IMG/VR virus record: IMGVR_UViG_3300033076_001195
Location: 1-38,410 of that record
Strand: one strand, 5' to 3'
Source: a virus
Taxonomy: Duplodnaviria; Caudoviricetes
Length of the DNA: 38,410 nt
Program-made: the position numbers and the translations under genes
The notes under the pieces: generated by a model
The model's database searches: none
What the model saw: the letters and a program-made list of their open reading frames with translations, nothing else
What the model was told of the DNA's origin: nothing
Part shown: positions 24,161 through 32,591 of the stretch, piece by piece
Position numbering within the stretch: position 1 is the first letter of the stretch
How the letters are laid out: each line of letters opens with the position of its first letter

Positions 24161-24793
24161 ATGAAAAAACACATTTTAGTAAATAAAAAAGAGGGAATTT
24201 TTGAAAGAAACCAAAATATTCAAATTAAATTTAAATTAAAAGGACAAGATGCTTGGACATGGCTTAAAAATCTTTTCCAAGCTTGCGAATATGATGAACA
24301 AACAGGAATCCTAGGCGTTAATTATGTAGCTTATGGAATCGCTAAAACAAGGCAATGGTTAAATTTTCCAGCCGTGCCATATATTGAGGCTTTAACTGAT
24401 AAAGAAAATCTTGAAATACAACAAGAATTGCAAAAGCGTTTGTGTATTTCGGAAATGAAGAGACTAATTAGAGCAAAGCAAGAAATTAGATTTCACAACA
24501 CAGAATATGGCATTGAGGGAGCTGGAAAGAATATTAGAGAAGCAATTGAAACATTTATTGATAATGCTGTTAAATCTTTTTTTAAAGATGATTTTGACCC
24601 TAGTGTCGATAAAAAAGAATATAGAAAAATCTATTTCTATAACAAGGAGAATTGCGAAGTATATTTGCCAGAAAAATATATTGATGCGATTTGGGACGAC
24701 AATTTTTATGACGCAATAATTGAAAATAGAAATAGAATTGAAGATGAGGCTACAAGAGCCGAAAAACTTTGGGAAATGAGTGAGGGGAGATAG
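24161..24793 (+). CDS. Hypothetical protein
   Basis: 210-aa ORF with AAACT-ATG. Confidence 0.7.
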   Translation: MKKHILVNKKEGIFERNQNIQIKFKLKGQDAWTWLKNLFQACEYDEQTGILGVNYVAYGIAKTRQWLNFPAVPYIEALTDKENLEIQQELQKRLCISEMKRLIRAKQEIRFHNTEYGIEGAGKNIREAIETFIDNAVKSFFKDDFDPSVDKKEYRKIYFYNKENCEVYLPEKYIDAIWDDNFYDAIIENRNRIEDEATRAEKLWEMSEGR

Positions 24794-24794
24794 T

Positions 24795-25226
24795 ATGACA
24801 ATAGAAAAAGCCGTAAACAAATTTTTAAAAGATAATAAATATAAACATCTTCAAGAGCAAATTAATGACCCTGCTAGATCTGATTTTTTTAAACTATTAA
24901 ATAACAAAATAGATAAATTAATTGAAAAAGGTGAGGAAATTCATAAATCAGAAGTAGGTTATTTATTTTATCCATTGGGCATTGTTTTAAATAAACATAT
25001 ACCTGCTTTACCAAAAATTTATTTACAAAAAGAAAAAACAGTTTTAATAAGCGATAAATTAATATATAATCCACGCAAAAATATAAATGAAGTTGGGCTA
25101 ATAATAAAAAAAATTGAATTGCTTTTTAGAGAACAGGAATTGAAAAAAGAAAAAGAAGAAAAAGAAGAAGAAAAAGAAGTTGTCAAAACCGATGATGATA
25201 TTATTAACGAATTTTTTAATGTATGA
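24795..25226 (+). CDS. Hypothetical protein
   Basis: GGGGAG SD before ATG 24795; acidic C-terminus. Confidence 0.65.
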   Translation: MTIEKAVNKFLKDNKYKHLQEQINDPARSDFFKLLNNKIDKLIEKGEEIHKSEVGYLFYPLGIVLNKHIPALPKIYLQKEKTVLISDKLIYNPRKNINEVGLIIKKIELLFREQELKKEKEEKEEEKEVVKTDDDIINEFFNV

Positions 25227-25522
25227 ACAATGAAACCCAAACACAACATTTTGTAATACTTCAAAAAATCAAGGAACTTGGTTTAGTTGAAGGTAAAACT
25301 TTAACAGAAATTGCTAAAAAGCTTGGGACTACTAGGCAAAATATTTGCTCTATAAAAACTAAGATTGAGGCACATCAAGATTGTCTTGAGGGTAATTTTA
25401 AATCACATTACAAAAAGATTAATCTTAAAAAATATAAAGAATATTATGTTTTTTCCAAGACAAAACCTTATGTGATTTGCTATAAGAAATCGGAGATATT
25501 TAAACAATTAATGGGGATATAA
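25223..25522 (+). CDS. HTH DNA-binding protein
   Basis: GKTLTEIAKKLGTTRQNICSI helix-turn-helix. Confidence 0.7.
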   Translation: MNNETQTQHFVILQKIKELGLVEGKTLTEIAKKLGTTRQNICSIKTKIEAHQDCLEGNFKSHYKKINLKKYKEYYVFSKTKPYVICYKKSEIFKQLMGI

Positions 25523-25540
25523 AAAAATAAATAATAGGAC

Positions 25541-25569
25541 TTGACAATTAACAAACCCACGATTATTCT
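25541..25569 (+). promoter_or_regulatory. sigma70-type promoter for the recombination operon
   Basis: TTGACA-N17-TATTCT. Confidence 0.7.
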
Positions 25570-25613
25570 AGGGCTACACCATAAAAAAATATTAACTTAA
25601 CTTAAACAAAACT

Positions 25614-26459
25614 ATGAAAGAAACTAAAGAATTATCAATAATTCAAAAAATCGAAACAACATTATTAGATAAATTACCGCAGTTTTATAACGGCGATGCT
25701 AATAAATATATCAAGTCAGTATTACTTGAAATCACTAAAAGCAAATCAGACCCAAAAAAAGATTTATCAGTTTGCACTCCGCTTTCAATTTTAACGGCAG
25801 TAAAACAAGCAGTTGACTTAGGACTTGAAATTGACTCAAGACAACATTGTCATTTGGTAAAATATGGCAATAATGCTCAATTGCAAGTTGGTTATCGTGG
25901 TTTTATTTACGCTATTAAAAGAGCTTATCCCGATGCAAATATCGTTGTTAATCTCGTAAAAGAAGGTGATATTTTTTCAATTAAAAGAAATGGCGATATT
26001 GAAGAATTTACTCACACAATTAAAGACTCCTTCGCAGGACAAGATAAAATCATTGGCGGTTATTGCTATATTTCTTTTACTCTCGGTAATAGAAAAATTG
26101 CTAAGGTTGAAGCGGTTTCTAAAGAAGAAATTAATAAAATTAAAGGCAGTGCCAAACAAGATTTTATTTGGAAAGCTTGGTTTGAAGAAAAAGCAAAGGT
26201 TGCAATCATTCGCAGGGGTTGCAAAGTTATATTTGCAGGATTGAATAATGATTTATTGGATAATCTTGTAAATAAAGACAACGAAAATTTTGATTTAAAC
26301 CAAGAAACCAAGTCAGAACCAAAAATTATCAACGATTTACCAAAAGTTGATTTTGAAGTTGAAGATGAAATTGTTGAAAAACAAGAGACGGCTTTAACTC
26401 AAGAAGAAATTGACGCTATCAAGGCAGAAGAAAAAAGATTAGCTATGGAGGGGGAATAA
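25614..26459 (+). CDS. recT: RecT-family single-strand annealing recombinase
   Basis: CTPLSILTAV.QA..LGL, HLVKYG..AQLQVGYRG, VKEGD.F, W..WFEEKAK..IIRR. Confidence 0.88.
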   Translation: MKETKELSIIQKIETTLLDKLPQFYNGDANKYIKSVLLEITKSKSDPKKDLSVCTPLSILTAVKQAVDLGLEIDSRQHCHLVKYGNNAQLQVGYRGFIYAIKRAYPDANIVVNLVKEGDIFSIKRNGDIEEFTHTIKDSFAGQDKIIGGYCYISFTLGNRKIAKVEAVSKEEINKIKGSAKQDFIWKAWFEEKAKVAIIRRGCKVIFAGLNNDLLDNLVNKDNENFDLNQETKSEPKIINDLPKVDFEVEDEIVEKQETALTQEEIDAIKAEEKRLAMEGE

Positions 26460-27586
26460 TGTCAGATAGATTTGGAATTATAGGAGCCAGCGAAGTTGCT
26501 GGTCTCCTAAAAGAATACTCGGCTAATTTGCTCGCTGAAAATCTAATTAGCGAAACAATCAACGAGAAATTACAGGCGATGCCTAATTATCTTGAAACAA
26601 GATATTCGCTAGGTAAAAAGTTAATGCTTACTAGAGAACAATTTGAAAGATTTAATGACTTTAACAGCAATAAAGCTATGTCTCGTGGCAAGGAAATGGA
26701 GGAAGATGTAAAAGTTGATTATTTAAATACACAAAAAGAAACAATCGAAATTGATGATAAAAGTATAAATATTGTTGTTTTGATTGTTGAGTCTCAAACT
26801 GAAAAAGATAAAATAATTAAAGGTTGTAAATTCCCGTTTCGTGCGACTATTGATTATCTTTTAAGCGATAACAGAATTTTAGAATGTAAAACAACTGACA
26901 TAGACCAATGGTTTAAAATTGAAAATGATGGCTTGCCCTTTAATTACTATATTCAAGCTCAGGCTCAATTATGGCTTCATGAAAAAGAAATTTGCGAAGT
27001 TCATATTGCGGGAGTTAAAACAATTAAAAAAGCCGAAAACTTTCCTGTTAAATTTCATAAAGGAAATCAAGGCAATGATGATTCTGGCTGTTTATACACA
27101 AGCACTGACCATCAAATATTAGAATCGAAAACTTTCAAGGTTGGTTTAGACCCGAAAATGGTTAGGGCAATTACCGCAAGTTTAGTTTGGTTTAGTGCTG
27201 AATTTGAAAGAAACACTTTGTTTAATAAAGACGAAGCGGATAAAGTTCAAAAAGATAAACAAATAGATAAATTTTTAGAACTTGAGAACGGAACACTAGA
27301 AAAAACTTTAGATAGTGATTTGTCGGCTAAATTAGCACGATTAAAAGAGCTTGAGGAAGCAAAAGAAGAATATGAAGCAATTGAAAAGGAAATAAAGAAA
27401 TATATACAACAATCAATGAAGGATTATAAATTTGCTAGGTTTAAATCCAATCAATTTGAGATTGAAGCAAAATATAGCAATGAAAGCTATTATGATGAGG
27501 CAAGTATTAATGAAGCAATTGAGAAAGCTAAATCAATTCAAGTCGGCGATGTAAAAGCTGGCAAGAAATTAACAATTAAATATTAG
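26459..27586 (+). CDS. YqaJ / lambda-exo-like exonuclease
   Basis: IGASEV, RGKEME, ATIDY...ILECKT, YYIQAQAQL; paired with RecT. Confidence 0.82.
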   Translation: MSDRFGIIGASEVAGLLKEYSANLLAENLISETINEKLQAMPNYLETRYSLGKKLMLTREQFERFNDFNSNKAMSRGKEMEEDVKVDYLNTQKETIEIDDKSINIVVLIVESQTEKDKIIKGCKFPFRATIDYLLSDNRILECKTTDIDQWFKIENDGLPFNYYIQAQAQLWLHEKEICEVHIAGVKTIKKAENFPVKFHKGNQGNDDSGCLYTSTDHQILESKTFKVGLDPKMVRAITASLVWFSAEFERNTLFNKDEADKVQKDKQIDKFLELENGTLEKTLDSDLSAKLARLKELEEAKEEYEAIEKEIKKYIQQSMKDYKFARFKSNQFEIEAKYSNESYYDEASINEAIEKAKSIQVGDVKAGKKLTIKY

Positions 27587-27595
27587 GAGAAAAAT

Positions 27596-27856
27596 ATGGC
27601 ATCAATTTTTATATATAAAGAAAAGAAATCTTTTATCAGAAGTTTTTTAAGTAATCTGAATACATTTGGTTTTTTAGGATTCTCATTTTATTTCAACTAT
27701 AAATTTATAGGTGGCAATAATTTTTTTGATTTAATTATATTCTTTTTTTTTATTAAAAAATTTTCTGGCAAAGTAATGATAGAACACAAAAAACATTTTT
27801 ATGATGTCAGTGATGAGAAAATTAAAAGAATAGAAGATATTTTAAAAAATGAATAA
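27596..27856 (+). CDS. Small membrane protein flanked by 20-bp direct repeats
   Basis: Phe-rich hydrophobic segments; AGGAG SD. Confidence 0.6.
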   Translation: MASIFIYKEKKSFIRSFLSNLNTFGFLGFSFYFNYKFIGGNNFFDLIIFFFFIKKFSGKVMIEHKKHFYDVSDEKIKRIEDILKNE

Positions 27857-27884
27857 AAATTAACAATTAAATATTAAATAAATA

Positions 27885-28553
27885 ATGACTAAAATAACAG
27901 TAATTAGTGGGTTTGGGCAAGAGCCTGAGACTTTTAAAAATGTCTTTAACAATAAAGATGTAATTGCATTAAAGTATCTTCAAACAAAAAACTTTGAAGA
28001 TTTATTAAGTCTTGATTTAAAAGCTTATGACAATGATGTTGTGATTGGCTGGAGTCTTGGAGGTCAAGTGGCAGTTCGATTAATTGAAAAACAAATTTTA
28101 AAACCTAAGCTTTTAATCTTAATAGCTACGCCGTTTCAATATGTTCAAAATGAAACAAATAAAATTGGCGTGATGCAGTCTAATTTTGAATCTTTTAGAA
28201 ATGTTTTAAATTTTGATTCAATTGAAGCTTTAAAATATTTAGCTTACTTAAGTGCAGGAGGTGATGAAAATAGCGATGATGTAATTTTAAACATGAATAA
28301 TAAATCTAATGATAATTTGGTTAATTGGCTTGATGAATTAAAAGATTTTTCCTGTTCTAATATTAGTTTTAAAAACTACCCAAAAACTATTTATATTTGT
28401 GGTGATAGCGATGCTGTCATTGATTGCTCGCAATATGAATATTTTCAAGAAAGAATTGAAAACTTTGAGTTAAAAGTTATTAAAAATTGTGGACACGCAC
28501 CGCATTTTTCGCACAAAGAGGATTTTTTAAACATAATCAATGAAGAAATATAA
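27885..28553 (+). CDS. Alpha/beta hydrolase, BioH-like carboxylesterase
   Basis: SGFG oxyanion region, GWSLGG nucleophile, LILIATPFQY, GDSDAVI (Asp), CGHAPH (His). Confidence 0.75.
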   Translation: MTKITVISGFGQEPETFKNVFNNKDVIALKYLQTKNFEDLLSLDLKAYDNDVVIGWSLGGQVAVRLIEKQILKPKLLILIATPFQYVQNETNKIGVMQSNFESFRNVLNFDSIEALKYLAYLSAGGDENSDDVILNMNNKSNDNLVNWLDELKDFSCSNISFKNYPKTIYICGDSDAVIDCSQYEYFQERIENFELKVIKNCGHAPHFSHKEDFLNIINEEI

Positions 28554-28871
28554 ATGACAACGGCTAAACTTGCAAATTATCACGGCATAATTAGAAACGG
28601 CAAAGAAGTCGGTAAAATTCAAATACTTAATTATTATGAATCAGGTGTGCCACAGCTTGAATATGATTTAGACAAAGAATATTGGAATAAAGGAATAATG
28701 ACTCAGGAACTAAAAGATTATATTGAGAGAATTAAGGATAATTATAAATTCTTAATTGCTATCGTTAAAAAAGATAATCTTGCAAGTATAAGAGTTTTGG
28801 AAAAAATCGGGTTTAGCGATTTTTTTCTTTTTAAAAAAACTGGATATAAATTTTATATAAAAATGTTATGA
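28554..28871 (+). CDS. GNAT acetyltransferase (RimJ/RimL-like, minimal)
   Basis: EYDLDKEYWNKGIMT and DNLASIRVLEKIGF. Confidence 0.85.
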   Translation: MTTAKLANYHGIIRNGKEVGKIQILNYYESGVPQLEYDLDKEYWNKGIMTQELKDYIERIKDNYKFLIAIVKKDNLASIRVLEKIGFSDFFLFKKTGYKFYIKML

Positions 28872-29209
28872 AATTTTGGAAAAAATATAAAGCTAAAAAG
28901 GAATTAAAAAATAAGCTTAAAAAAGCAAGATTTATTAATTTTTATGAATATTCAATTGATTTAGAAGATGGTAAACCAATTAGCATTCAAAGATATAACG
29001 AGTATTCAGATAACATTACAGAGGCTTATATTTTTTTATATTATTTAAATAAAAATAAGGGGCGTTTTAAAAAAACATGGTCTTATGGCGAAAGGGAAGC
29101 GATTAGAGATTTTAGAAGTGATCAACTTTTTGAATTTATGAACTCTGCAGAATTTATGGAATACCTAAAACAATATCGAAACTTAAAAAAAGAATATGAG
29201 CAACTTTGA
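28868..29209 (+). CDS. Hypothetical protein
   Basis: ATGA-coupled ORF. Confidence 0.6.
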   Translation: MKFWKKYKAKKELKNKLKKARFINFYEYSIDLEDGKPISIQRYNEYSDNITEAYIFLYYLNKNKGRFKKTWSYGEREAIRDFRSDQLFEFMNSAEFMEYLKQYRNLKKEYEQL

Positions 29210-29771
29210 GAAAAAAATAATAAATATAAAAAATTTAAAAAACTTGGTGAATTCTGATTATTTACCAAAAATAAACTTATTGTTTAATAAAAATATTCCA
29301 AAGGAGCCAAAAACTCCCGATGAATTAATGTTGTTTCGATTTGCTGGTTTAAAAGAAAGTGAAATACAAAAATATTTTTTTAGCCAGATCCGAAACCTAG
29401 GAATTGAAATTATGAGCAAAAATAAGCTTAATTTCATGGAAGCGGTTAAAAATGATAATGGCGATGCGGTAGTATCAAAATTAACTGAAAACCAAAGAAT
29501 GGCGTTTTATGCAAGAAAAAAAGCGGAAGGGTTTAAGGGTGGCTTTCCTGACTTAACTATACTTCTTTTTAATTCTAGGCTATGTCTAAGAGATACAATG
29601 TATCTTGAATTAAAAAAAATAGATGCACCAAGTGGGATTCATCTAACGGAAGAGCAATTAGATTGGTTTGTTAAGTTAAACAATATGGGTTATAATTCCT
29701 ATATCACAAACAATCCTATTTTCTTTCGAGATGTTGTTTTGAAAGAGATTAGAAATTTTTTTGAGGTTTAA
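29196..29771 (+). CDS. VRR-NUC / PD-(D/E)xK nuclease (resolvase-like)
   Basis: ESEIQ, KAEGFKGGFPDL, YLELKK, LTEEQLDW...L..MGY. Confidence 0.8.
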   Translation: MSNFEKKIINIKNLKNLVNSDYLPKINLLFNKNIPKEPKTPDELMLFRFAGLKESEIQKYFFSQIRNLGIEIMSKNKLNFMEAVKNDNGDAVVSKLTENQRMAFYARKKAEGFKGGFPDLTILLFNSRLCLRDTMYLELKKIDAPSGIHLTEEQLDWFVKLNNMGYNSYITNNPIFFRDVVLKEIRNFFEV

Positions 29772-29773
29772 AC

Positions 29774-29935
29774 ATGAGTTTTTTAGGTTTTATTCAACAT
29801 ATAGCAATTATTCTTTTTTTTCTTGGTTCAAAAATAACTAATAAAATTGGTGCAAGTGGAGCGGTTTTGTATTTGATTTATGCAAGTTTAAAGCTGTTAA
29901 TATATTTCGATTTAATAACAATTACGGGGGTTTAA
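29774..29935 (+). CDS. Small membrane protein (53 aa)
   Basis: GAGGT SD; MSFLGFIQHIAIILFFLG...; TAATG overlap with the next gene. Confidence 0.5.
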   Translation: MSFLGFIQHIAIILFFLGSKITNKIGASGAVLYLIYASLKLLIYFDLITITGV

Positions 29936-30231
29936 TGAAACGAATTTGTTCAATATATTTCAAAAAAATAAAAACTAATGCAAAAGTTCTTTACGATGAA
30001 GAAACTTTTGATAAAATTAATAATAATCCTAAACATAAAGACTATAGGTTGATTTCTTTATCGTTTTTGGTTTTGCCTCTTATTCAAATAATTACGCCAT
30101 TAACAATTTTTTCATTTGCTTTTAATTTCTCATTTCATTGCCTTTTAAGCGAGGTGTTAATGTATTCTTGCTGTTTTTATTGGGCTTTAGTTTTATGGTA
30201 TATATTAGCAATACTTTTTCGCAATTTATAG
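29935..30231 (+). CDS. Membrane protein
   Basis: Two hydrophobic segments. Confidence 0.55.
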   Translation: MKRICSIYFKKIKTNAKVLYDEETFDKINNNPKHKDYRLISLSFLVLPLIQIITPLTIFSFAFNFSFHCLLSEVLMYSCCFYWALVLWYILAILFRNL

Positions 30232-30238
30232 GAGTTTT

Positions 30239-30391
30239 ATGATTTTTATTTTTACATTTATTTTTATTTTTTTTCACTCTTTCATGTATCAGAAATACTC
30301 AAAATTACCATGGAAAGAAAAAAGAATTGATTATGGTTTTGGCTATGTAGTTAGCGTGATTTGTTTGGTTTATTTAATTTGGAGGTTTTAA
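30239..30391 (+). CDS. Small membrane protein (50 aa)
   Basis: AGGAG SD; MIFIFTFIFIFFHSF...VVSVICLVYLIWRF. Confidence 0.5.
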   Translation: MIFIFTFIFIFFHSFMYQKYSKLPWKEKRIDYGFGYVVSVICLVYLIWRF

Positions 30392-30392
30392 T

Positions 30393-30599
30393 ATGAAATT
30401 ACTTAAAGCTTTTTTAATATTTTTTATTGTGTTTGGCGTAATGTATTTTTTTACTAGTTTTATTTTAGCTGATTTTAATTTTGCAAATTGGAGCGAGGGA
30501 AACAGAGTATTTATTATTATAACATCTTTTCTTATCACTTTTTTTAATTATTTGTCAAACTTAGATGATTGCGATTGCTATGATTGCCAAAGGCTTTAA
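30393..30599 (+). CDS. Small two-TM protein with Cys-rich tail
   Basis: GGAGG SD; ends DDCDCYDCQRL. Confidence 0.6.
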   Translation: MKLLKAFLIFFIVFGVMYFFTSFILADFNFANWSEGNRVFIIITSFLITFFNYLSNLDDCDCYDCQRL

Positions 30600-30606
30600 G
30601 ATAAAT

Positions 30607-30635
30607 TTGACTTCTAAATTAATCCAATTTACAAT
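30607..30635 (+). promoter_or_regulatory. sigma70-type promoter with no downstream ORF
   Basis: TTGACT-N17-TACAAT. Confidence 0.65.
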
Positions 30636-30640
30636 AAAAA

Positions 30641-30800
30641 CATACTAGACGCTTAAAAAACGAGCTAGTCAAATTGCTAGAAATGGCTTCACTAATCAAG
30701 CGGTTAAGTCTAGATAATTATATTTAATGCTGGACCTCTGGAACGAGCAAGCCCCCATACCATCATCGCTTTGGTAAGTTTTCAAGTGGGGGCAAAATAA
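30641..30800 (+). ncRNA. Candidate small RNA (island 3)
   Basis: Begins right after the promoter; stems CTAGAC/GTCTAG, GCCCCCA/TGGGGGC, TACCA/TGGTA. Confidence 0.5.
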
Positions 30801-30821
30801 TGGAAGGGTAAAACACAGTGG

Positions 30822-31100
30822 TTTCTTTATCCTCTTTTTCTTTATCTTTCTTTATCTTCTTTTATCTTTTTTTATTCCTTAATCCGTAAATTTTAGGAAC
30901 GCTATTCTGTAGGCTTCAAGGGGGTTTTTACTCTTTTGTTATGTCTATTTTACTCTTTTTTATTGCTAAATCTTTAACTTGAGTTGAAAAAAATGCGATT
31001 TTTTTGGATACAGTGTTTAAGCGGGTTGAAAGCACTTTTTTTACTAATTTATTACTAAAAGCTCTACTTATTTACTACTAATTTGCTAAATTTTAGTAAT
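30822..31100. repeat. Short-repeat arrays (CTTTATC, about 10-bp period; TTACTA)
   Basis: tttctttatc...tctttatctttctttatcttcttttatc at 30822-30870; ttacta/tacta repeats at 31041-31100. Confidence 0.55.
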
Positions 31101-31104
31101 AAAA

Positions 31105-31521
31105 TTAATCACACCAACTTTTTTTCTTTTCACCATTATAAACTCTTGCAAACCCTTTTTTCAATAACTCTTGAGCAATATCAACGCCCCCGACTTTTAC
31201 ATTAGCAACAATTCTTCCGCCGTAATGGTCATTTTCAACTTGCGATAAAAGCAATTCTTTATTACCGACTAAGTCAGTAGTAAACTTAGTTGCTTGTTGC
31301 CCCAATTCACTTTCTTTTTTGCATTTAGCTCTCGGAGCTTTTTCGGGTGTATCAATTCCTTTAATTCTTACGCTTAAACCAAGCTTTTTAATCAAAGGTG
31401 ATTCTTTAGAAACATCAAGTTTAATTGTATCGCCGTCTGTAATCTTTACTGGTTTATAAACATAAAATTCTTGTGCGTGAGCTGATGATGCTAGCAGGAT
31501 TAGCATTAAAAAAATTATCAT
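31105..31521 (-). CDS. Secreted thermonuclease (SNase family)
   Basis: Signal peptide ending AHA; ITDGDT, VRIKGIDTPE, DHYGGRIVA, ELLKKGFAR. Confidence 0.88.
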   Translation of the reverse strand: MIIFLMLILLASSAHAQEFYVYKPVKITDGDTIKLDVSKESPLIKKLGLSVRIKGIDTPEKAPRAKCKKESELGQQATKFTTDLVGNKELLLSQVENDHYGGRIVANVKVGGVDIAQELLKKGFARVYNGEKKKSWCD

Positions 31522-31522
31522 A

Positions 31523-32122
31523 TTAATAACCCTTATATTTTAATATTAATTTAAGATTTTCTTTTTGGTTTTTATCGTCAATTTCTAAGATGAAGTCTTT
31601 TTCAAGAGTTATTGCATAAAGCTTTTCTAAAGCCTTTACTGATTGAATGCCGTAATAATCATAGACAATTCCACCGCGAGAAAAATTATCAACTAATCTT
31701 TCACATGGCAAAATACAGCCTTGAGAATCTTCTATCGAGTTTCCGCCGTGTATTCTAACGCCAGCTCTTTCTTTTGTGTTTTTTACAAGATATAATTGTT
31801 TTTGGAAGCGTTTAGAAAATGTCATTGTGCAGGAATAAAGACTAGCTAAAATGCAACTAGATTCATTTTTAGTAGTTTGTGTGTTATCCGAATTGTTTTC
31901 TTTCCCTGCGTAAAGTTTGGCAGGTTCTATAGTGTAAAATAATGGAGGGTAATTTGGTTTTGATGAATCTATTACGGCTCCAATAGTTGTGCCATATTTA
32001 AAAGTTTTACCATCTTTTTTTACCTCAGAATAATTGCCGTTATTGCAATAGTATCTTTTTAGGATTAATTTTTTGTAGGGTAATGGTTGATGTGGCTCTT
32101 GTTTTTTAAAAAATCCAAACAT
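31523..32122 (-). CDS. Putative endolysin (DUF5675, L,D-transpeptidase-like)
   Basis: TIG, YTIEP, SCI....Y, SKRF, RAGVRIHGGNSIEDSQGCIL. Confidence 0.75.
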   Translation of the reverse strand: MFGFFKKQEPHQPLPYKKLILKRYYCNNGNYSEVKKDGKTFKYGTTIGAVIDSSKPNYPPLFYTIEPAKLYAGKENNSDNTQTTKNESSCILASLYSCTMTFSKRFQKQLYLVKNTKERAGVRIHGGNSIEDSQGCILPCERLVDNFSRGGIVYDYYGIQSVKALEKLYAITLEKDFILEIDDKNQKENLKLILKYKGY

Positions 32123-32124
32123 AT

Positions 32125-32385
32125 TTAATCGTTTTTAGTGTTGCAAATTTGATATTTTACGCAATTAGTATATTTAATCACTGCAACTGCCCAATCTTTT
32201 AATGGTTTAGGTGTCATAGCAATTCTTCTTTGCTCCTGTTTCGTAAAAGTATCTCGCTTTGGATAATCAGGCAATAAATCATTATATTCTTTAAGTTGTG
32301 CTTGTGATAAACTCTTACTCAAGGGCTTTGAGCAAGTAGTCGTCATCAAGATTACCGCTATCATTATAATCAATCTTTTTAGCAT
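32125..32385 (-). CDS. Lipoprotein, o-spanin-like
   Basis: MLKRLIIMIAVILMTTTC signal with Cys; overlaps the upstream TM gene. Confidence 0.5.
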   Translation of the reverse strand: MLKRLIIMIAVILMTTTCSKPLSKSLSQAQLKEYNDLLPDYPKRDTFTKQEQRRIAMTPKPLKDWAVAVIKYTNCVKYQICNTKND

Positions 32386-32590
32386 TTTTTGCATTATTAA
32401 GAGTTGTTTTTAGTTTTTGGATATTTTCTTCGTGATATACTTTTGTTTCTTTTTCAACTTTTCTATAGAGTTCATTTTCTTTTTGAACTTTAATTGTTTT
32501 ATTTATCAAATAGAATAGTGATAAAAAAAATAAAATAAGAAATACTGCTAAAATATTTTTTCTAGCCCAAAACAAAACTTGTAAACTCAT
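32315..32590 (-). CDS. i-spanin-like protein
   Basis: N-terminal TM plus coiled coil, overlapping the lipoprotein gene. Confidence 0.5.
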   Translation of the reverse strand: MSLQVLFWARKNILAVFLILFFLSLFYLINKTIKVQKENELYRKVEKETKVYHEENIQKLKTTLNNAKNAKKIDYNDSGNLDDDYLLKALE

Positions 32591-32591
32591 A

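Noticed and set aside
24161-24793. Faint resemblance to DnaA N-terminal domains
   Set aside because: Only a few scattered residues; not supportable without a profile search.
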